This document shows, one piece after another, positions 49,823 through 59,828 of a stretch of 64,000 nt of DNA. The notes beneath the pieces were generated by a model. The model searched no databases, was not told the DNA's origin, and saw only the letters and a list, made by a program, of their open reading frames with translations. Source of the stretch: Nitrospirota bacterium. GTDB lineage: Bacteria > Nitrospirota > Nitrospiria > Nitrospirales > Nitrospiraceae. A program made the position numbers and the translations under genes. Position 1 is the stretch's first letter, and the number at the start of each line of letters is the position of its first letter. The stretch is taken from positions 96,001 through 160,000 of the forward strand of contig CAVPGK010000013.1 in the NCBI GenBank assembly GCA_963703955.1. Reading direction: 5' to 3'.

Positions 49823-50338
49823 TTAGCGCGTCCAGGTCACTCGGGCAAACTGTGTATCGTCGTTGTAGTGGAGGCTGAACTCGCCTTGGTAAGCATGGCG
49901 CAAGGCCTCACCGATGCGCCGCGGGAGGTGCGTGTCGGTGGTCGCGATCATCATGCCATTACCCTTCTCTTCGACGGAGATGATTCGAGACAGGGGATGT
50001 TCGGCCTTGGCTTTTGCCTCTTCATGACGGATCACGCTGAGGATTTCCTGCTGATGTTCGATTGCGAAAGGACCGCTCACCGTCAACAGGCCTTGAGGGG
50101 ATTGATGATTGATCCGTTGGCACGCCGGACACAAGGTTTCCTGCGCCCGGATCGGCTTGGCTTTCCAGGTCCACCGGCCTTTGTGGAACACGGCGCCGCA
50201 CTGTGGGCAGACCGTTGGCTCCCGGAGTTTCCCTTGTGATTTCTCGCTGCCTGGGGGGTAGGCCTGCACGGGCCGGTCAGATCTTGTCGGTCGGGCAATG
50301 GGCTTCTTTGATCGTTCGGTCATGGATTTGCACTCCAC
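49823..50338 (-). CDS. BCAM0308-family Cys-rich protein
   Basis: EPTVCPQCGAVFHKGRWTW, CPACQRI, HPLSRI, TTDTHLPRRIGEAL. Confidence 0.75.
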   Translation of the reverse strand: MECKSMTERSKKPIARPTRSDRPVQAYPPGSEKSQGKLREPTVCPQCGAVFHKGRWTWKAKPIRAQETLCPACQRINHQSPQGLLTVSGPFAIEHQQEILSVIRHEEAKAKAEHPLSRIISVEEKGNGMMIATTDTHLPRRIGEALRHAYQGEFSLHYNDDTQFARVTWTR

Positions 50339-50359
50339 TGGTAACGCGTCGGAAACAGA

Positions 50360-51037
50360 TCAAGCATGTGAAGGTCGAGCGGCGTCCCGAATGGCCGCCT
50401 CGGCCAATGCCAGATACCGAACCACATCGTCGTCTTCGACTTGACGGAAATCCCTGTACCGATTACCGACCGCAAAGAACGGCTCCGGCACCATCAACAC
50501 CAGCAGTTCGTCCACCATCGGCTTGATCTCTCGAAGGGTGTCGAGCGGGCCGACCGGAATACCTGCAACCAGTCGGCCCACGCGCCGGCTTCTTAAATCT
50601 TGGATGGTGGCGATGAATGTGGCGCCGGTCGCAATACCGTCATCCACGAGTAGGATCGTTCGATCAGTCAGGACCGGCAGGGGTCGTCCGTGGCGGTAGA
50701 GTATTCCTCGTCTCGCGATTTCTTCCTTCTGCGTCCGGATCTCGTTTTCCAGATAACCCGGAGAGGCGGAAAGCGCATCAATCACCTCCCGCGCGTGAGG
50801 GTTCAGATACACAGAGCCGGTCTCCGTGACCGCGCCAACGGCATATTCCGGATCGCCGGGGGCTCCCAGCTTGCGCGTCAGAAACACATCCATGGGGACG
50901 TGGAGAGCCTGACTTACGGCATAGCCAACCGCGACGCCCCCGCGAGGCAAAGCCAGGATCAGAGCGTTCGGATCGTCCCGATACGCCATCATTCGTTCAG
51001 CCAATACACGCCCAGCTTCTTCCCGATTCACAAACAT
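50360..51037 (-). CDS. Phosphoribosyltransferase
   Basis: LALPRGGV, RKLGAP, LLVDDGIATGAT PRPP-binding loop. Confidence 0.92.
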   Translation of the reverse strand: MFVNREEAGRVLAERMMAYRDDPNALILALPRGGVAVGYAVSQALHVPMDVFLTRKLGAPGDPEYAVGAVTETGSVYLNPHAREVIDALSASPGYLENEIRTQKEEIARRGILYRHGRPLPVLTDRTILLVDDGIATGATFIATIQDLRSRRVGRLVAGIPVGPLDTLREIKPMVDELLVLMVPEPFFAVGNRYRDFRQVEDDDVVRYLALAEAAIRDAARPSHA

Positions 51038-51278
51038 CAGAGAAGGTCCTCCATGACCCCTTTAACGGGTACCTATAAATAAAAATAAAGCTGGGGTGGC
51101 TGCGTATGGAAGTCCACCTGCGACGCGTACACCGATGAAAAGGATCGCGAGCAGACTAAATCCGGCGATGAGCCACCACAGCCTCCACGACGACCGACCG
51201 GACACCGCCGTTGATTGCAGAAAAAGGCCTTCGAGGTCGTGCATCCTGGACCTCATGGTCACCTCCTGCTACAGTCGT

Positions 51279-51752
51279 TCAAGCGATTTTCACCTCGATG
51301 CTCTTCGGTCTCGCCTTCTCGGACTTAGACAGATGCACCTTAAGGACGCCGTCCTTGTAGTCAGCGGATACTTTACCCTCATCAGCATCCTCCGGTAGCG
51401 TAAAACTCCGCATGAAACTTCCATAGGCCCTTTCGACCCGGTGATATTTCTTGCCCTTTTCTTCCTTCTCATATTTCCGCTCACCCGTGATCGTAAGGAC
51501 ATTGTCATTGATGGTCAGTTTCACATCCTCTTTCTTGACTTCGGGTAGCTCGGCCTTGATGAGATACTCCTTCTCGTCCTCGGTGATATCCACGAGCGGA
51601 GTCCACTCCGCGACGGTCATCTCTTCTTTCCCGCCTTCCGCGCGTACCGGTGTGCGACCGAAGAGCGTTGACAGACGATTTTGCATCTCCTCCAACTCTT
51701 TGAACGGATCCAAACGCATCTTGAATGGTTCCCAACGTGTTAGCGCACCCAT
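51279..51752 (-). CDS. Hsp20/alpha-crystallin small heat-shock protein
   Basis: PLVDITE..AELPEV..ERAYGSFMRSFTLP..YKDGVL; sigma54-like motif at 51830-51844. Confidence 0.95.
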   Translation of the reverse strand: MGALTRWEPFKMRLDPFKELEEMQNRLSTLFGRTPVRAEGGKEEMTVAEWTPLVDITEDEKEYLIKAELPEVKKEDVKLTINDNVLTITGERKYEKEEKGKKYHRVERAYGSFMRSFTLPEDADEGKVSADYKDGVLKVHLSKSEKARPKSIEVKIA

Positions 51753-52374
51753 GGCGTCCCCTCCTTCTTCTTGAAGTGAACTGCTGGTCTGGCATGTTCG
51801 TGAGCCGAACCTCTCTACACGATTCCCTTGCAGGTGGGATGCCAGAATTGCAGTGATTGCCTAGTCCTAAGGTCTGGAAAGACGGCGCAATTTGGATGCT
51901 GGTTTGACTGAAGAGAGACAATGGCTTTTGACGTGGGGTGTTTCGGGTCAGCGGGCGGAACGATCATGTTGCGAAATTCCCCAAATCAACAGTCAGCCCG
52001 TGAGCCTGATATTCATGTGGAGACTGAACGTTGATCCGGACTCAGGAGTGGTTACTCTAATATTAGGAGGTGAGGAAAAGCCAAAGAAGGGCTTGGCGGG
52101 CATGCAAGAGATCGGTGCCCGTCTTCATGCAGCCAGCGTGCAAGAGGGTATCGCTGCTGTGCCCGTCGCGGGGTTCTGGTCCGAAGGACGCGCTTTCAAC
52201 TCGGTGCCAGTAGTAGGCACGGCCGTCGATACGCGGCCAATGATTGGGGAGGCGCGGGGCAACCAGCCAGACAGGGACCTGCCGGGTTGCCGGATAGACC
52301 CCGGCTATGTGACAGCGCCGGTGTCCACATGAGGACGGGTAGCTTATGTTAAGTCGGTGACATTCCATGGCCTG

Positions 52375-53346
52375 TTAGAGTAGAGCCGTTGCAATAGTCA
52401 GGTAGACCGCTACGCTCAGGAGATCTTGCACCACGGTCGCAATGGGCCCGCTCGCAAGCGCGGGATCTGTTCCAATCCGGTCAAGCCCCCAGGGCAGGAG
52501 GCTCGCCACCAGTGTCGCGATGAGTGATGTGGTTGCCAATGTCAATCCGATTACGATTGCTAACTGCCCCCGCCCATCGACGATCCACAGCCCAACTCCT
52601 GCCAACCCGCCGATACTCAATCCGATAAGCAGGCCAAGGGTTCCTTCTCGTAACAGTTGAGTGAGAAGCGGAACGCGACCATAGGCCAAGGCGCGAACCA
52701 GTACCGTTTCGGTTTGTGTGCCAACGGCATCGGCCATATAGACTACGAGCGGGAGGAAGAAGGCCAGGGCAATTTCCCTTTCCAGAGCCGCTTCAAAGGT
52801 TCTGGCGACCCCGGCTGCCAACCAACCTCCAACTAAGCCGATCATGAGCCACGGAACTCTGGCCTTGAACGCGTTGAGAGTATTGTGCGTCTCGGTTGGA
52901 GCTGGATGAAACGTCCCGACGCCTGCGGTGCGGAGAAGATCGTCCACGTGCTCCTCATGAAGCAATGCCAGCAGACGCCCAATGGGAATCGCGCCGAGTA
53001 GCGTCCGGTTGGCATCAACCACAGTGACATCCGCGTCATGTCGCTCGACCGCCAACAGCGCAACGGTCTCAGCATTTTCATCGGGAGAGACTTCCAGGGG
53101 CGGGAGCCCACGCAAGTCATCAAGGCACTGATCCGGTAATGCCGCAAGCAATCGCTCCACCGGCACCTGTCCCACAAGCCGAGACTTGTCATCGACAAGA
53201 TAGAGGTGACCGGCTTCGTCCGGAGGATGGGCGTGCAGCGCGGTCAGGGCGTGGTCGACCGTATCCTCAGGGTGGGCGCGTGGGATGGACGAGGTCATCA
53301 CATCAGTGGCCGTGAGTCGGCCGTCTTTGAGGGAGGTTTCTTGCAC
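52375..53346 (-). CDS. MgtE-family magnesium transporter (CBS plus membrane domain)
   Basis: ARVPWL, FFLPLVVYMADAVGTQ, DPALASGPIATVVQD. Confidence 0.88.
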   Translation of the reverse strand: MQETSLKDGRLTATDVMTSSIPRAHPEDTVDHALTALHAHPPDEAGHLYLVDDKSRLVGQVPVERLLAALPDQCLDDLRGLPPLEVSPDENAETVALLAVERHDADVTVVDANRTLLGAIPIGRLLALLHEEHVDDLLRTAGVGTFHPAPTETHNTLNAFKARVPWLMIGLVGGWLAAGVARTFEAALEREIALAFFLPLVVYMADAVGTQTETVLVRALAYGRVPLLTQLLREGTLGLLIGLSIGGLAGVGLWIVDGRGQLAIVIGLTLATTSLIATLVASLLPWGLDRIGTDPALASGPIATVVQDLLSVAVYLTIATALL

Positions 53347-53355
53347 GCGGTCGAC

Positions 53356-54050
53356 CTACGAGAGAAAGGCCTTTCTCACGCGAATCAGAAAGTGATCAAG
53401 AACTTTCGGATCGGCTTCATGACGGCAGTGAGAGAGAAGACCGGTGGCGACTTCTGTCCAAAGCTCCGCGAGGTCGATCACTTCACCTGCGCGGAAGGGG
53501 GCGTCTTTGAGGTCTGCAATGGTCTTGCCGATCGGCGTGTCGGCAATCCGAATGGTGAAACGGCCGGTCTCCAGGAGCTCACACAGGTTGTACAGGACAC
53601 GTATAGAGGCGGCGGCATATTTTGCAGGCCGTCCATCTTTTTCTCCAAGAACTTCTTCCGTTGGTTGAGGGCATATCCGACGAAGGATTCGTAGGCTCGT
53701 TGGGGAGACCAGACTGAGGGGAACAGCGATCTGAGTTCCTCTCCCCAATGATCCATCGTGACGACCGGCGCCAGAAAGGTTTCCAGGATCAACGGCTGGC
53801 ACTCGGCGGCGAGCGACAGGAAGAGGCCGATCTCCCAGGCGCTTTCATCTGCGACGCTCTTGATCATGCGAGCGCCTTGATACCTATAGCCGACGCGAAA
53901 CATCTCCGCCGTCGGGACCACGAACACGCTGCGGTAGTCCGCGTCGCTTTCAGGACCCGCGAGCCCGTGAGCCTGTGACCCAACAAGCACTTTCAAAATC
54001 GTGTGTTTGGTGTCCCTGGCTTCGGATCGCATTTCAGGGATCCCGTGCAC
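53356..54050 (-). CDS. Pol-beta-type nucleotidyltransferase (YcgL/RlaP-like), frameshifted near 53640
   Basis: VGSQAHGLAGPESDADYRSVF (GS..DxD); C-terminus ..VLDHFLIRVRKAFL in another frame. Confidence 0.75.
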
Positions 54051-54111
54051 AAAACCTTGCGCATCGCTCCTTCTCCTCGTTCGATTGACGTCCTGTCACC
54101 CGCGGTGTCAC

Positions 54112-54368
54112 TCAGTGACCGTTCGTGACGAACACGGCGTGCTGGACCGTGATATCCCTGAAGACCTGTCGCTTCTTGATACTGTGGCGCTCTTCCGAGC
54201 TCAACAGTTCGGCCAGTGTCTTGACCGCCTCGATCACGTGTTCGCCCTTGTTCAGCATCACGCATTCCGCCCGCTGCCCCATCGCCGCATCGGTGATCTC
54301 GGCGCGGGCGGGCATCCCGCGCTTGGCCAGGGTGTCAAGCACCTGGGTCGCCCAGATCACCGGAACGT
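54112..54368 (-). pseudogene. Pyruvate kinase C-terminal fragment
   Basis: [38 protein letters not shown]. Confidence 0.8.
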
Positions 54369-54486
54369 GAAAGCAACTGTTCCAGAAGGTCGGGCTGGGG
54401 GAATGGTGTCGGTGCGGTTACCGATCTCTCTCAGCTCTTCTTGGTGGTTCTGGGCATGAAACTTTCCGACAACTCAGCACTGGCAC

Positions 54487-54924
54487 TTACAGCCAATAGT
54501 TGGCGAGCGCCTTCGCATACCCATAGAGCAGATCCCGCCGCGCCACGATGCCGACGAGGGTCTTCTCCCTGACCACAGGCACACGGATCAACAAGTCGCG
54601 CTGGAACAGCACCATTAGGTCGGTGAACGGCATGTCTTCCGTGACGGTCGCCACGGTACGGGTCATGATGTCTTCAGCCTTCACATCTCGCAGGTCCTTG
54701 CCTTCGTCCAGCGCCTTCAGCAGATCGAATTCATCGACGAGCCCAAGGAAAGTCTGATACAAGTCAACGACGGGGACGCTCCCAAAGTTCTGTTTCGTCA
54801 GGATTTCTGCGATGGTCAACCCTGATGTCTCCAGGCGCACGGTCATCACAGCGTTCTGCATCAGCTGGCGCACGGTCAGGGTCTTGGGATCTTCGCTTAT
54901 GACCTTGTACTCTGTCGCTCTCAT
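54487..54924 (-). CDS. CBS-domain protein
   Basis: GSVPVVD..GLVDEFDL; RVPVV..LVGIVARRDL; paralogue of 38039-38473. Confidence 0.92.
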   Translation of the reverse strand: MRATEYKVISEDPKTLTVRQLMQNAVMTVRLETSGLTIAEILTKQNFGSVPVVDLYQTFLGLVDEFDLLKALDEGKDLRDVKAEDIMTRTVATVTEDMPFTDLMVLFQRDLLIRVPVVREKTLVGIVARRDLLYGYAKALANYWL

Positions 54925-55060
54925 AAGTCCTCCTTTGTTCTCCGACGTCATTCGACGTCATCGTTACGCAGTAGAGTGAGTCGTACCCACACCGCCTTTC
55001 GTTTCGCCAAGCACCTATCTCGCGTCAAGAGCACCGCATCCGCCAAAAACGCCAGTCGGT

Positions 55061-55225
55061 TCAGCTCTTCTTTGTCGTCCTGGCGATGAAACTGGTGATT
55101 AACTGTTGCATGTTCTTGCTGCTGCAGGCGGGACAGGTAACGGCCACGGTCTCATGCTCTTTGAGCGTCATGGCAATGAGGGATTCCTTTCCGCAATCCA
55201 GACACTTGTAGTCATACATGGGCAT
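55061..55225 (-). CDS. FmdB-family zinc-ribbon protein
   Basis: MPMYDYKCLDCG..CPACSS. Confidence 0.88.
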   Translation of the reverse strand: MPMYDYKCLDCGKESLIAMTLKEHETVAVTCPACSSKNMQQLITSFIARTTKKS

Positions 55226-55366
55226 GGCTGACTTCGGTAAGGGTGCTCCTCTAGCTGGTTCCGGCCCTACTAGGCCCGGTCGGCACCGTTCGGCCGGGCT
55301 CACCTTGACTCTTGATGATAAGCATCTCCTCCCGAATGCAGAAACAGTGGGTGCTGACTGAGTATC

Positions 55367-55381
55367 GCAATCGCTATGCCG
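55367..55381 (-). promoter_or_regulatory. Sigma54-type promoter CGGCAT-AGCGA-TTGC
   Basis: Correct GG-N10-GC spacing upstream of the FmdB/CBS genes. Confidence 0.6.
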
Positions 55382-55587
55382 CTCTGATTTAATCCACTAA
55401 TTGGTTGATTCATTGGGCGCTTGGCAATCCATCGGTCTCCATGAGGCCAACTATGAAGGGAGAACGCACTTCGGCTGGCGCATTATTCCTCACTGCCGGA
55501 TTCCCTGATGATGACGAATGCCGCAGCATGGGAGGGTGAGCCCATGGCACCCTTTCTTCTCGGAACCTGATTGCGTATCCTGGTAGG

Positions 55588-56673
55588 ATGCCGGCCCTCC
55601 GACGACACCAACTCGAACAATACTTGCGAAATCGGTTCGGCTCTCGTGCCGAACTGTTGAGTTATGGGATTATCGGTCAGGAAACGTCCACCTCCGCGTT
55701 GAAAGGGTATGGCTATGGCGCGCCGATCCGACTCATCTTTCGGGTGGGGCGCACGGTTCGACGCGCAGTGCTTGAAACGATGAAGCCGGGACCGTTCGGT
55801 CACGAGCACGCGGCCGACCGCGCCCAGGCGCTCCTGTGGGACTTTGACTCATACGGGCGGTTGCCCCGACACGTGGCGGCCTTGGATGTCGGCGCTTTTA
55901 CCGCTCGCGGTTCCATGTTCTCGGTGGCGGGGGCTCGGGAGTTTTTTGTCTTGAACGAATGGGCAGACGGAGAAGGCTACAGTCGGGACCTTGAGCGGCT
56001 GGCCCGAACCGGTCGATTGCTGAAGCGGGATCGAGAACGGACCGATGCGCTGGCGACCTACCTGGCCCAGATCCATCGAGTCAAACGCCGCCAGCCGGAT
56101 CTCTACCGCCGCCGGCTCAGGGAATTGATCGGCCACGGCGAGTGCATTATGGGGCTGACGGATAGCTATCCGGAGCGTTTCGAATTCATCACGCCGGAGC
56201 TGCTCCGTTTGATCGAAGAGGGCTGCAATCGCTGGCGCTGGCGGTTGCGAAGTCGGTCGAGCCGTCTATCGCAGGTACACGGCGACTTTCATCCATGGAA
56301 TGTTCTGTTTCGGCGAGGGGTGGATTTCAGCGTGCTGGACCGCTCGCGCGGCGAATGGGGGGAACCGGCCGACGACGTCACATCCATGACGATCAACTAT
56401 CTGTTTGCCTCGCTGTGTCGCTGGGGGGACCTGCGCGGTCCGTTTGAAGTGCTCTTCCGGGAATTCTGGGACCGATACATGACAAAGAGCGGTGATTCGG
56501 AAGTGCTGGAAACGGCCGCCCCGTTCTTCGCGTTTCGCGGTCTTGTGATCGCAAGCCCTCTCTGGTATCCCAACCTGACGCGCGGGGTGCGTCTGAGCCT
56601 CTTCCGGTTCATTCAGAACGTCCTCGCGACGGAACGATTTGAGCCCGGCGAGGTCAATCGGTACCTCACGTAA
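55588..56673 (+). CDS. Aminoglycoside phosphotransferase-fold kinase
   Basis: HGDFHPWNVLF catalytic loop, VLDRS, GEPADDV. Confidence 0.8.
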   Translation: MPALRRHQLEQYLRNRFGSRAELLSYGIIGQETSTSALKGYGYGAPIRLIFRVGRTVRRAVLETMKPGPFGHEHAADRAQALLWDFDSYGRLPRHVAALDVGAFTARGSMFSVAGAREFFVLNEWADGEGYSRDLERLARTGRLLKRDRERTDALATYLAQIHRVKRRQPDLYRRRLRELIGHGECIMGLTDSYPERFEFITPELLRLIEEGCNRWRWRLRSRSSRLSQVHGDFHPWNVLFRRGVDFSVLDRSRGEWGEPADDVTSMTINYLFASLCRWGDLRGPFEVLFREFWDRYMTKSGDSEVLETAAPFFAFRGLVIASPLWYPNLTRGVRLSLFRFIQNVLATERFEPGEVNRYLT

Positions 56674-56747
56674 GAATTTGTTGATTGACGGAGCTGGTGA
56701 TTTGATGAGTTTGCAATGGGATCAATCTTTCAATCGACAAATCAATA

Positions 56748-57302
56748 ATGAGCAAATCAGCTCATGACAAGGCGTTCGCCATTTGGCTGACGGGACTTCC
56801 GGCTTCCGGCAAGAGCACGATTGCGGCGGCGTTGCACCCTCGGCTTGAAGCGCTTGGCCTGCACGTCGAAGTGCTGGAGTCGGACGCCGTGCGTCGGATT
56901 CTCACACCCACACCGACCTACTCACACGAAGAACGCGACCTGTTTTACCGGGCGCTGGCCTTTCTATGCAGCCGGTTGGTCGCCCACGGGGTCACGGTAA
57001 TTGTCGATGCCACCGCGAACCGTCGCGTCTACAGGGATTTCGCCAGGAACCTCGTCCCGGATTTTCTCGAAGTGGCGGTTGAATGTCCGCTGGACGTCTG
57101 CATGGCGCGCGATCGGAAGGGGACCTATCGCAAGGGACTGGCCGGCGAATCGACCACGGTGCCCGGACTTCAGGACGGTTACGAATCCCCGGTCTCTCCG
57201 GAACTGCGGATCGATAGCAGCCGCACCGAGTCTGGTCTTGCCGCTGATCGAATCCTCGCAACCCTACAGGAGCGACGGCTCATTTCAGCGGGGAGTGTAT
57301 GA
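56748..57302 (+). CDS. Adenylyl-sulfate kinase-like P-loop kinase
   Basis: WLTGLPASGKST, DAVRR, CPLDVCMARDRKGTY, PGLQDGYESP. Confidence 0.85.
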   Translation: MSKSAHDKAFAIWLTGLPASGKSTIAAALHPRLEALGLHVEVLESDAVRRILTPTPTYSHEERDLFYRALAFLCSRLVAHGVTVIVDATANRRVYRDFARNLVPDFLEVAVECPLDVCMARDRKGTYRKGLAGESTTVPGLQDGYESPVSPELRIDSSRTESGLAADRILATLQERRLISAGSV

Positions 57303-57314
57303 CGTGATGGTTGG

Positions 57315-58178
57315 TCACCGGATGATCAGCACGGGGTAGGGAGCCAGGTGCAGGACCTTGTGGGACACGCTGCCCAGCAGAAACCGGGAGGCCCCTTTCC
57401 GTCCACGACTGCCGAGGAGGATCAGGTCCATCTTCATGTCTGTCGCGTGCTGAAGAATCGCGTGTACCGGAGATCCGATTGTCGTGACGGGGGTCGCCCG
57501 ATACTGGACCGTAGACAGCTGAGCGGCTACATCCTCGACAAATCTGGAGGCGCTTCGCAACGCCATTTCCTTCATTGACTGGGTATCTGAGACTCGTTCA
57601 GTCCATATCGGGTGGGTGAATGGGAGCACCGTCAGGACCGTGATCTCGACCGGATTCTTGAACGGCTTCTTCTTGAAGAATCGGATGGCCGCCTCTGCAT
57701 CGTCGAGACCTTCGATCGCCAGAAGCACCCGTCTCAAAGACAGGATCGGCGTGCGGATGGTCAACACGGGGCAGGGCGCGTAAGTCACTACCCGGTGGGA
57801 CACGCTGCCGAAAGCGATTTCCTTGATCGGGCCAAGGCCCCGCGCTCCCATCACGATCAGATCCGCCCGTTCTTTTTCCGCGGTGGATACGATCACTTCC
57901 GCCGGTATCCCGACTTCAAGATGCGTGGAGATGGGTCCCACCGTGTTCGGGAGAATCGAGGCGACCCGATTAACCAGGCGTTTACCGTCTTCCCGCATGC
58001 TTTGTTCAACCATTGTGGAAAGCTCGCGCACAGCCTCCGGGACGATCATGGGATAGGCGGGCTCCGGCACATCAAGCGCGTGAAGGACGATGATCTGTTC
58101 AGACGCAGGCAGGTGAGCAAGTGCTCGGGCTGCGTTATAGGACTGTTCTGAGTCGTCCACTGGCAACAGAATGCGCAA
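57315..58178 (-). CDS. Tandem universal stress protein
   Basis: DLIVMGARGLG..GSVSHRV; DLILLGSRGR..LGSVSHKV. Confidence 0.92.
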   Translation of the reverse strand: MRILLPVDDSEQSYNAARALAHLPASEQIIVLHALDVPEPAYPMIVPEAVRELSTMVEQSMREDGKRLVNRVASILPNTVGPISTHLEVGIPAEVIVSTAEKERADLIVMGARGLGPIKEIAFGSVSHRVVTYAPCPVLTIRTPILSLRRVLLAIEGLDDAEAAIRFFKKKPFKNPVEITVLTVLPFTHPIWTERVSDTQSMKEMALRSASRFVEDVAAQLSTVQYRATPVTTIGSPVHAILQHATDMKMDLILLGSRGRKGASRFLLGSVSHKVLHLAPYPVLIIR

Positions 58179-58201
58179 GGGACCCTCCGTAAACTCGATC
58201 G

Positions 58202-58861
58202 TTATAGGTCACTGCCCAGGTTCGACACATAGCGCCGGAACCATCCGCCTGCGTGGTTGGCGACCTGTTCCAGCGCTCCCGGCTCTTCGAAGAGATGCGT
58301 CGCTCCCGGTATGACGATGAGTTGCTTGGGACCCGTAAGCAAGGCGAGGGCCTGCCGGTTCATCTCAATGACGGGAAAGTCATGGCCCCCGACGATCAGG
58401 AGGGTGGGCGCGAGAACTTGTCGCAAGTACGGTTCGGCAAGGTCCGGTCGCCCCCCTCGCGATACCACCGCGGCGACCGTTTCTGGCTGTCGAGCAGCAG
58501 CCTGGAGAGCCGCCCCGGCACCGGTGCTTGCCCCGAAATAGCCGATGCGCAGCGCGCGTGTGCCTGGATCGTCATTCAGCCACTGAGTGGCTGCTAGTAG
58601 GCGGTCGGCCAGCAGGTCAATGTCGAACACCTTCGCGCGATCTTCAGATTCTCCTTCTCCCAACAGATCGATCATGAGAGTGGCCAGGCCGCTGTCCTGC
58701 AGGGTGCGCGCGACGAACGTATTACGAGGACTCAGCCGCCCGCTGCCGCTTCCATGCGCGAACAGCACGACACCGGTCGGACCGGGCGGGACGACAAGGA
58801 GACCATCAAGAGTCATCCTCCCGGCTTTCACCTGAACTGGACGGGTTGTTCTCACGTCCAT
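58202..58861 (-). CDS. Dienelactone hydrolase-family alpha/beta hydrolase
   Basis: FAHGSGSGRLSPRN, GYFGASTG, SRGGRPDLA, HLFEEPG. Confidence 0.88.
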   Translation of the reverse strand: MDVRTTRPVQVKAGRMTLDGLLVVPPGPTGVVLFAHGSGSGRLSPRNTFVARTLQDSGLATLMIDLLGEGESEDRAKVFDIDLLADRLLAATQWLNDDPGTRALRIGYFGASTGAGAALQAAARQPETVAAVVSRGGRPDLAEPYLRQVLAPTLLIVGGHDFPVIEMNRQALALLTGPKQLIVIPGATHLFEEPGALEQVANHAGGWFRRYVSNLGSDL

Positions 58862-58933
58862 CGTCGGCCAACCAGATGAACTCCGTGCGTGCGCCATGCC
58901 TGATCACTCAACTAATACCTTCGGCGGGATATT

Positions 58934-59026
58934 TCAATGACATTCGGTCGGGCAGAAAACAATATACAGAAAGATCGCGATTCCGATGAGGACGGCGCCG
59001 ACTATCAGCCAGGTGGTTCGTTGCAT
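58934..59026 (-). CDS. 30-aa membrane peptide MQRTTWLIVGAVLIGIAIFLYIVFCPTECH (below the ORF-track cutoff)
   Basis: RBS AGAGG, one TM helix, ~45 bp downstream of a consensus sigma54 promoter. Confidence 0.65.
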   Translation of the reverse strand: MQRTTWLIVGAVLIGIAIFLYIVFCPTECH

Positions 59027-59072
59027 GCGGTCCTCTTTATAACTGACCTTCGTCCATCGCAATTCGCTATGC

Positions 59073-59087
59073 GCAAGAGCGGTGCCA
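59073..59087 (-). promoter_or_regulatory. Consensus sigma54 promoter TGGCAC-CGCTC-TTGC
   Basis: Exact TGGCAC-N5-TTGC. Confidence 0.8.
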
Positions 59088-59137
59088 ATACTAATCAGCC
59101 GAAATGACCAGAGGCTGTCGACGCGATGGAGAGGTCT

Positions 59138-59154
59138 TGTAGCCTTCTGCTACA
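59138..59154. promoter_or_regulatory. Palindrome TGTAGC-N5-GCTACA, putative activator binding site
   Basis: Between divergent sigma54 promoters; identical copy at 33084-33100. Confidence 0.6.
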
Positions 59155-59270
59155 GGGGTGCCGGTGTGACTGTCGCAGGACTCCCCATTGGTTCCCGCTA
59201 AGTCTTCGTTCTCCATCGCGGAATGCGCGCCGTTTTCAGCCAAACTCTCATCGCTTGAAATTGCGAGAAA

Positions 59271-59285
59271 TGGCATTTCCCTTGC
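59271..59285 (+). promoter_or_regulatory. Sigma54 promoter TGGCAT-TTCCC-TTGC
   Basis: Consensus spacing; 40 bp upstream of the hemerythrin gene. Confidence 0.72.
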
Positions 59286-59325
59286 TCCATGAACCACCGA
59301 GCACAAGCAAAGGGACGTTATGGGC

Positions 59326-59784
59326 ATGATCACCGACTTTATGGCGAAGGACCATGATCGGTTGGACAACCTGTTCAATCGATTTCACGCTGCAAAGGCG
59401 ACGGAAATCGAATCCGCCATACGGCTATTTTCGGAGTTCAAGCGTGGGCTGCAGCGCCACATTCTCTGGGGAGAGCACATTCTCTTCCCCGTGTTTGAGA
59501 GCCGCACCGGCATGGAGGAGCAGGGTCCTACCGCCGTCATGCGTACGGAGCATCGTCAGATCAAAGGGTTTCTCGAGCAGATCCATGACCACCTCGCGAA
59601 GAAAGAGACGGATACGGACGGTTTCGAACAGGATTTGGTCGAGACCCTTGCCAAACATAACCGGAAGGAAGAAACTGTTCTCCGTGGGTCGACCGATGCG
59701 TATCCGGACGGAAGCAGAGGCCTTGATAACTCGCATGAAGGTCGTTCCGGAGGAGGAATACCATCACTGCTGCGGATCGAGTGA
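59326..59784 (+). CDS. Hemerythrin-domain protein (probable frameshift near 59680)
   Basis: DHDRLD, RHILWGEHILFP, MRTEH, HNRKEE; alternate-frame tail EEYHHCCG. Confidence 0.82.
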   Translation: MITDFMAKDHDRLDNLFNRFHAAKATEIESAIRLFSEFKRGLQRHILWGEHILFPVFESRTGMEEQGPTAVMRTEHRQIKGFLEQIHDHLAKKETDTDGFEQDLVETLAKHNRKEETVLRGSTDAYPDGSRGLDNSHEGRSGGGIPSLLRIE

Positions 59785-59828
59785 TGTTCAGCATGATGAA
59801 GGAAAGTCCGCCGTCTGAAGGAGGAACT

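Noticed and set aside
51892..52368. ORFs between hsp20 and the MgtE-family gene
   Set aside because: No recognisable family on either strand
55588..56673. Antibiotic resistance APH gene (and dfr at 496-1007)
   Set aside because: Only fold-level motifs; length and context differ from characterised resistance genes
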